DNA from: a virus
Strand: one strand, 5' to 3'
IMG/VR virus record: IMGVR_UViG_3300003323_000915
Coordinates: 1-64,000 of that record
Length of the DNA: 64,000 nucleotides
Shown here in pieces: positions 60,762 through 64,000 of this stretch. Position numbers and translations under genes: made by a program. Position 1 is the stretch's first letter. Every line of letters begins with the position of its first letter. The notes beneath the pieces were generated by a model, which did not search any database, was not told the origin of the DNA, and was given only the letters and a program-made list of their open reading frames with translations.

Positions 60762-62027
60762 ATGGCAAAAGAAATTTATTCATTCGACGACGACAAAATG
60801 GTAGCGGTTGAGCCTCCAAAAAAAGAGGAGAAACAACCCGAAGACACATCTGCACCAGACGAAGAGAACGAAGAAGAACCGGAAGAAGGTGAGGAGGAAG
60901 AAAAGAAAGAAGAAGCCTCTGAAGATGATAACACCAAGGAAGAATTAGAGGAAGAAATTGAAAGTGAAGAGCATCCAGCCGAAGAAGAGCAAGAAAAAAC
61001 AGAGAGCAAGTCTGACGAAACTCCAGATAGTGAGATAACGCCAGATGAGGTAATTCAAGATCTATTCTCGGAAAAATATGGCATCAAATCTGAATCAGAA
61101 TTCCAAGAAATTCTGGATCAGTCGATCGAGCTACTTGACGAAAATCAGAAGCTCGAAGCCAAAATAAAAGAACTCGAGAGTGCGCCAAAAGGTCCGGCAT
61201 TCAAGAGTGAAAATCAAAAAGCCATTTATGAAATGATCAAGGATTACGATCCAGATCGCGTTCCTGATGGGCTCAGTATGATCGCCTCTTTGGTTGGGAT
61301 GGATCTTAAGACCACCGACACAAAATTGATTCTGCAACAGGAATTCATCATGCAGCATCCGGAACTATCCATTGACCGGGCTCGTAAGAAATTCGAAAAT
61401 GAATACAATAAGTTGTACGCCATCGACGAGGAATCATTTGACGACGCCGAAAAACTGAAAGAGAAGAAGGAAGATGTGGAGAGCGACCTGATAATCGCCC
61501 GCAAGCGCGCAACAAAGTTCATCCAAGAAAAACAGCAAGAATTTAAAACAAAAAGCGAGGAAAAAGAGGAATCAGCAAAGGTAAACGAAGAAGTTCAGGC
61601 ATCGATCGCAAAGACAACGTCTGAATTTAACGAGTACTTCGATGGTCTTCATACCCTCGTGATACCGAAGGAAGAAGGCGACAAGACGCCTTTTAAGTAC
61701 AAATTCAGCACTGAAGAACTTAAAAGGATCAAAATTGTAGTCGACAACCATCTCAAAAATCCTGGCGCGTATGACGCGAAAGGTAAGTTAGTTGGAGGTT
61801 TTGACGCTCACCAAAACTTCGAAACGGCAGCATTTGCTGTCTGCGGTCTAAGAATAACCGAGGAAGCCTTGAAATTCGCAAAGAATATGGCTCAGAGGAT
61901 GAAGGCCGAGGATATCGCAAAACGCAAACCAGAAAGAAAATCGAGCGAAAAGAGCCAGCCGGTAAGCATGAGCATCGACGCTCAGGCAGAACGTTTGGCG
62001 CAAAAAAAGAAGGCAGAAAGGTCATAG
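60762..62027 (+). CDS. Acidic scaffolding-like protein
   Basis: Very E-rich N-terminus; between portal and capsid. Confidence 0.65.
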   Translation: MAKEIYSFDDDKMVAVEPPKKEEKQPEDTSAPDEENEEEPEEGEEEEKKEEASEDDNTKEELEEEIESEEHPAEEEQEKTESKSDETPDSEITPDEVIQDLFSEKYGIKSESEFQEILDQSIELLDENQKLEAKIKELESAPKGPAFKSENQKAIYEMIKDYDPDRVPDGLSMIASLVGMDLKTTDTKLILQQEFIMQHPELSIDRARKKFENEYNKLYAIDEESFDDAEKLKEKKEDVESDLIIARKRATKFIQEKQQEFKTKSEEKEESAKVNEEVQASIAKTTSEFNEYFDGLHTLVIPKEEGDKTPFKYKFSTEELKRIKIVVDNHLKNPGAYDAKGKLVGGFDAHQNFETAAFAVCGLRITEEALKFAKNMAQRMKAEDIAKRKPERKSSEKSQPVSMSIDAQAERLAQKKKAERS

Positions 62028-62076
62028 TGTGCAAATCGGTAGGGAAAGGATATCAAAACTTTAACCTAACGAAACA

Positions 62077-63531
62077 ATGGCAATATTCACCGAAGTAAAC
62101 ACTTGGCAGGACTTCGCCGTCGCAGCACGCGAAGAAAACCCGCTGATTTCCCAAATGAGCTTTATCCATAAACCTCAGGTTGGGTCAACAATGTTCGATG
62201 TCAATCCACTTGAAACCGACATCGGCGAAATGTTCAAAATGGGCCTCATGGAAGAGGTCAAAGGTGAGGAAATCATCCACCACGAAGCCGCAAAACGTTT
62301 CGATGCTCCGTACATCAACACGGACTCGACAATTACGAACGTATACGGAATCGGAGCTACCGGCAACGGCGATGACGCCCTGTATACAGGCATCGATTAT
62401 ATCCAGCTGGCAGCTGTAAGCCATAGTCCGCAAACCGGTGCTCTTGCGCTGAAGTATTCATACCCACGCACTGGTCAATTGATCCAGTTCAAAAACAAAG
62501 GTGTATGGCGTATTAGCGGAAAAAGAGAGTCTATCGCCGGGGCTCACCGCCTTTACATTGTGAAGGTAGATTCTTCGTTCCCGTCACTGGCGAACACAAT
62601 CACGAACGCGGCCGGCGTATACGGTGGTGATCAATTCTCCGTAATTGGATCTGCTTTCGAGGAAGCTTCATACGGCATGCAAAAAGGTATCGTGCCTGCG
62701 TCAAAAACATACACGAACTACCTGCAAGCATTCGCTGATTACTATGATCAGACAGATTTCGAGGCAACCAACGAAACGTACCCTTTCGTGTATCAAGGAA
62801 AGGAAATCAACTTCATCTATCCTCGCGGGTTTTCCGATACCGAAATGCGCTTCGCTTTCCTTGAGCAAGCTGGCCTATTCTTGACTCCTCGCGGAGCCGC
62901 CATTCCTGGTTTTGACAAAAACAACAACGCTGTTACAATCTCCACAACGCAAGGCTACATGCCGAACCTGGAGCTTAACGCGCCGAAGTTGTATTATGAC
63001 AACAACCCGACGGTTGCTCTCTTCGAACAAATCATCCGCCTGCGCCGGAAACTAAACCAAGGCCGAGAATGCTTAATGCAATGCGGTTACGAGTTCTTAC
63101 TGAAAGCGAAGGATATCATCACACAATTTGGTGTGAATGGTGGTATGGTTTACAATCGTACCGCTCTGGATTTGAACATTGATCAGATCAAGATCGGCGG
63201 ATTCACCTTCAACATGAAGGAGTTGATGATCCTAAATCACCCTGATATCACCGCACTCCCTGGATTTAACTATCCATGGTACTTCATTATCGCTCCTATG
63301 GATAAAACCAAAGACGCGAAAACAGGTATCATGAAAGATGCTTTCACCATCATGTGGAAGAAATCAATCGGTGGTGGATCACGCGGTCACTACCAGATGT
63401 TCATGACTGGCGCGATGGCCGATACCCCTACGGACGATCAGAACGTAAGACGTATACACATCCGCTCACGTAAAGGCACCAGAGTTGTTGGCGCTTCCAA
63501 GTTCATCTTGGGGCAACGCTTACAGCCATAA
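62077..63531 (+). CDS. Major capsid protein (crAss-like)
   Basis: 484 aa; VIGSAFEEAS..YTNYLQ, GGFTF..LNHP; strong terminator after it. Confidence 0.8.
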   Translation: MAIFTEVNTWQDFAVAAREENPLISQMSFIHKPQVGSTMFDVNPLETDIGEMFKMGLMEEVKGEEIIHHEAAKRFDAPYINTDSTITNVYGIGATGNGDDALYTGIDYIQLAAVSHSPQTGALALKYSYPRTGQLIQFKNKGVWRISGKRESIAGAHRLYIVKVDSSFPSLANTITNAAGVYGGDQFSVIGSAFEEASYGMQKGIVPASKTYTNYLQAFADYYDQTDFEATNETYPFVYQGKEINFIYPRGFSDTEMRFAFLEQAGLFLTPRGAAIPGFDKNNNAVTISTTQGYMPNLELNAPKLYYDNNPTVALFEQIIRLRRKLNQGRECLMQCGYEFLLKAKDIITQFGVNGGMVYNRTALDLNIDQIKIGGFTFNMKELMILNHPDITALPGFNYPWYFIIAPMDKTKDAKTGIMKDAFTIMWKKSIGGGSRGHYQMFMTGAMADTPTDDQNVRRIHIRSRKGTRVVGASKFILGQRLQP

Positions 63532-63560
63532 GCTTAGGTGCCATACCCTAAGTTTTTTTG

Positions 63561-63590
63561 AAAGGTTTCCGGTTTCGACCGGAGCCTTTT
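63561..63590 (+). terminator. Intrinsic terminator after capsid gene
   Basis: AAAGGTTTCCGGT-TTCG-ACCGGAGCCTTTT. Confidence 0.85.
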
Positions 63591-63641
63591 ATTTATACCC
63601 AAAAAAGTAAAAAATATTACTAAACATTTAAATCGTAACAT

Positions 63642-64000
63642 ATGTCAAAAAAAGATAAAGAAACAGGTTCGCTCCCAACGATGGAAGACCTGTCGTTCAT
63701 GGATAATGCTTCCGCGACAGAATCAAGCAATGAACAAGAAAGCGAGGAAGCATCGGAAGAAGATGATCCCACTGGAGAGGTAAGTGGTGAACAAAAAAGA
63801 TACGTCAAAAAATCAAAGCGTCCAGTCTTAAATGAAGATGGAACTCCATACACCGGCCCCGTAGCGCGTGTTTTCCGGGAAGACGGCAAGGAGCAGAAAC
63901 GGAAAGCGGTAAACTTCCAAGGACTTAGCTCCCAGATGCTTCCGCCGATCACGCGAAAAAAATTCGCCATATACGAGATTATCAACAAAGGACACGTTGA
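63642..64000 (+). CDS. 5' part of post-capsid protein (truncated)
   Basis: MSKKDKETGSLPTMEDLSF.. open to the window end. Confidence 0.7.
   Translation, partial: MSKKDKETGSLPTMEDLSFMDNASATESSNEQESEEASEEDDPTGEVSGEQKRYVKKSKRPVLNEDGTPYTGPVARVFREDGKEQKRKAVNFQGLSSQMLPPITRKKFAIYEIINKGHV

Noticed and set aside
63730-63783. K/R-rich +1-frame mini-ORF in the post-capsid gene
   Set aside because: Only 17 codons; explained by the acidic main frame, with no independent support unlike the 9533 and 10577 ORFs
1-64000. Stop-codon reassignment as in some crAss-like phages
   Set aside because: Long genes are intact in code 11, and TAA, TGA and TAG all terminate credible genes

Overview
This is a 64-kb segment of a tailed dsDNA phage, most likely a podovirus infecting Bacteroidota. 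Evidence: TAnnTTTG host-type promoter boxes, A-rich start regions without SD sequences, and a crAss-like morphogenesis module (TerL, ~790-aa portal, acidic scaffold, major capsid; ring, muzzle and ejection proteins; DUF5675 lysin). No virion RNA polymerase or DNA polymerase is recognisable in the window. Replication/recombination genes are a primase-helicase, RecT, PD-(D/E)XK nuclease, SSB, SF2 helicase and VRR-NUC. The most striking content: (1) a dispersed, nearly complete ADP-heptose pathway (GmhA, split HldE kinase and nucleotidyltransferase, a HAD phosphatase) plus a cluster of two GT9-type heptosyltransferase domains, two GT-A-type domains and a methyltransferase, i.e. a candidate phage heptosylation system; (2) two small basic genes overprinted in the +1 frame of the giant ejection-protein gene, one sharing an MKTYSNK N-terminus with a free-standing basic protein 44 kb away; (3) a dispersed palindrome GTAACA-WW-TGTTAC next to promoters and bracketing a serine recombinase; (4) a convergent ACTGTACT octamer array (candidate ori); (5) a structured intergenic RNA candidate; (6) a solo TnpB. 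All family calls come from motif recognition by eye; no database searches were run.
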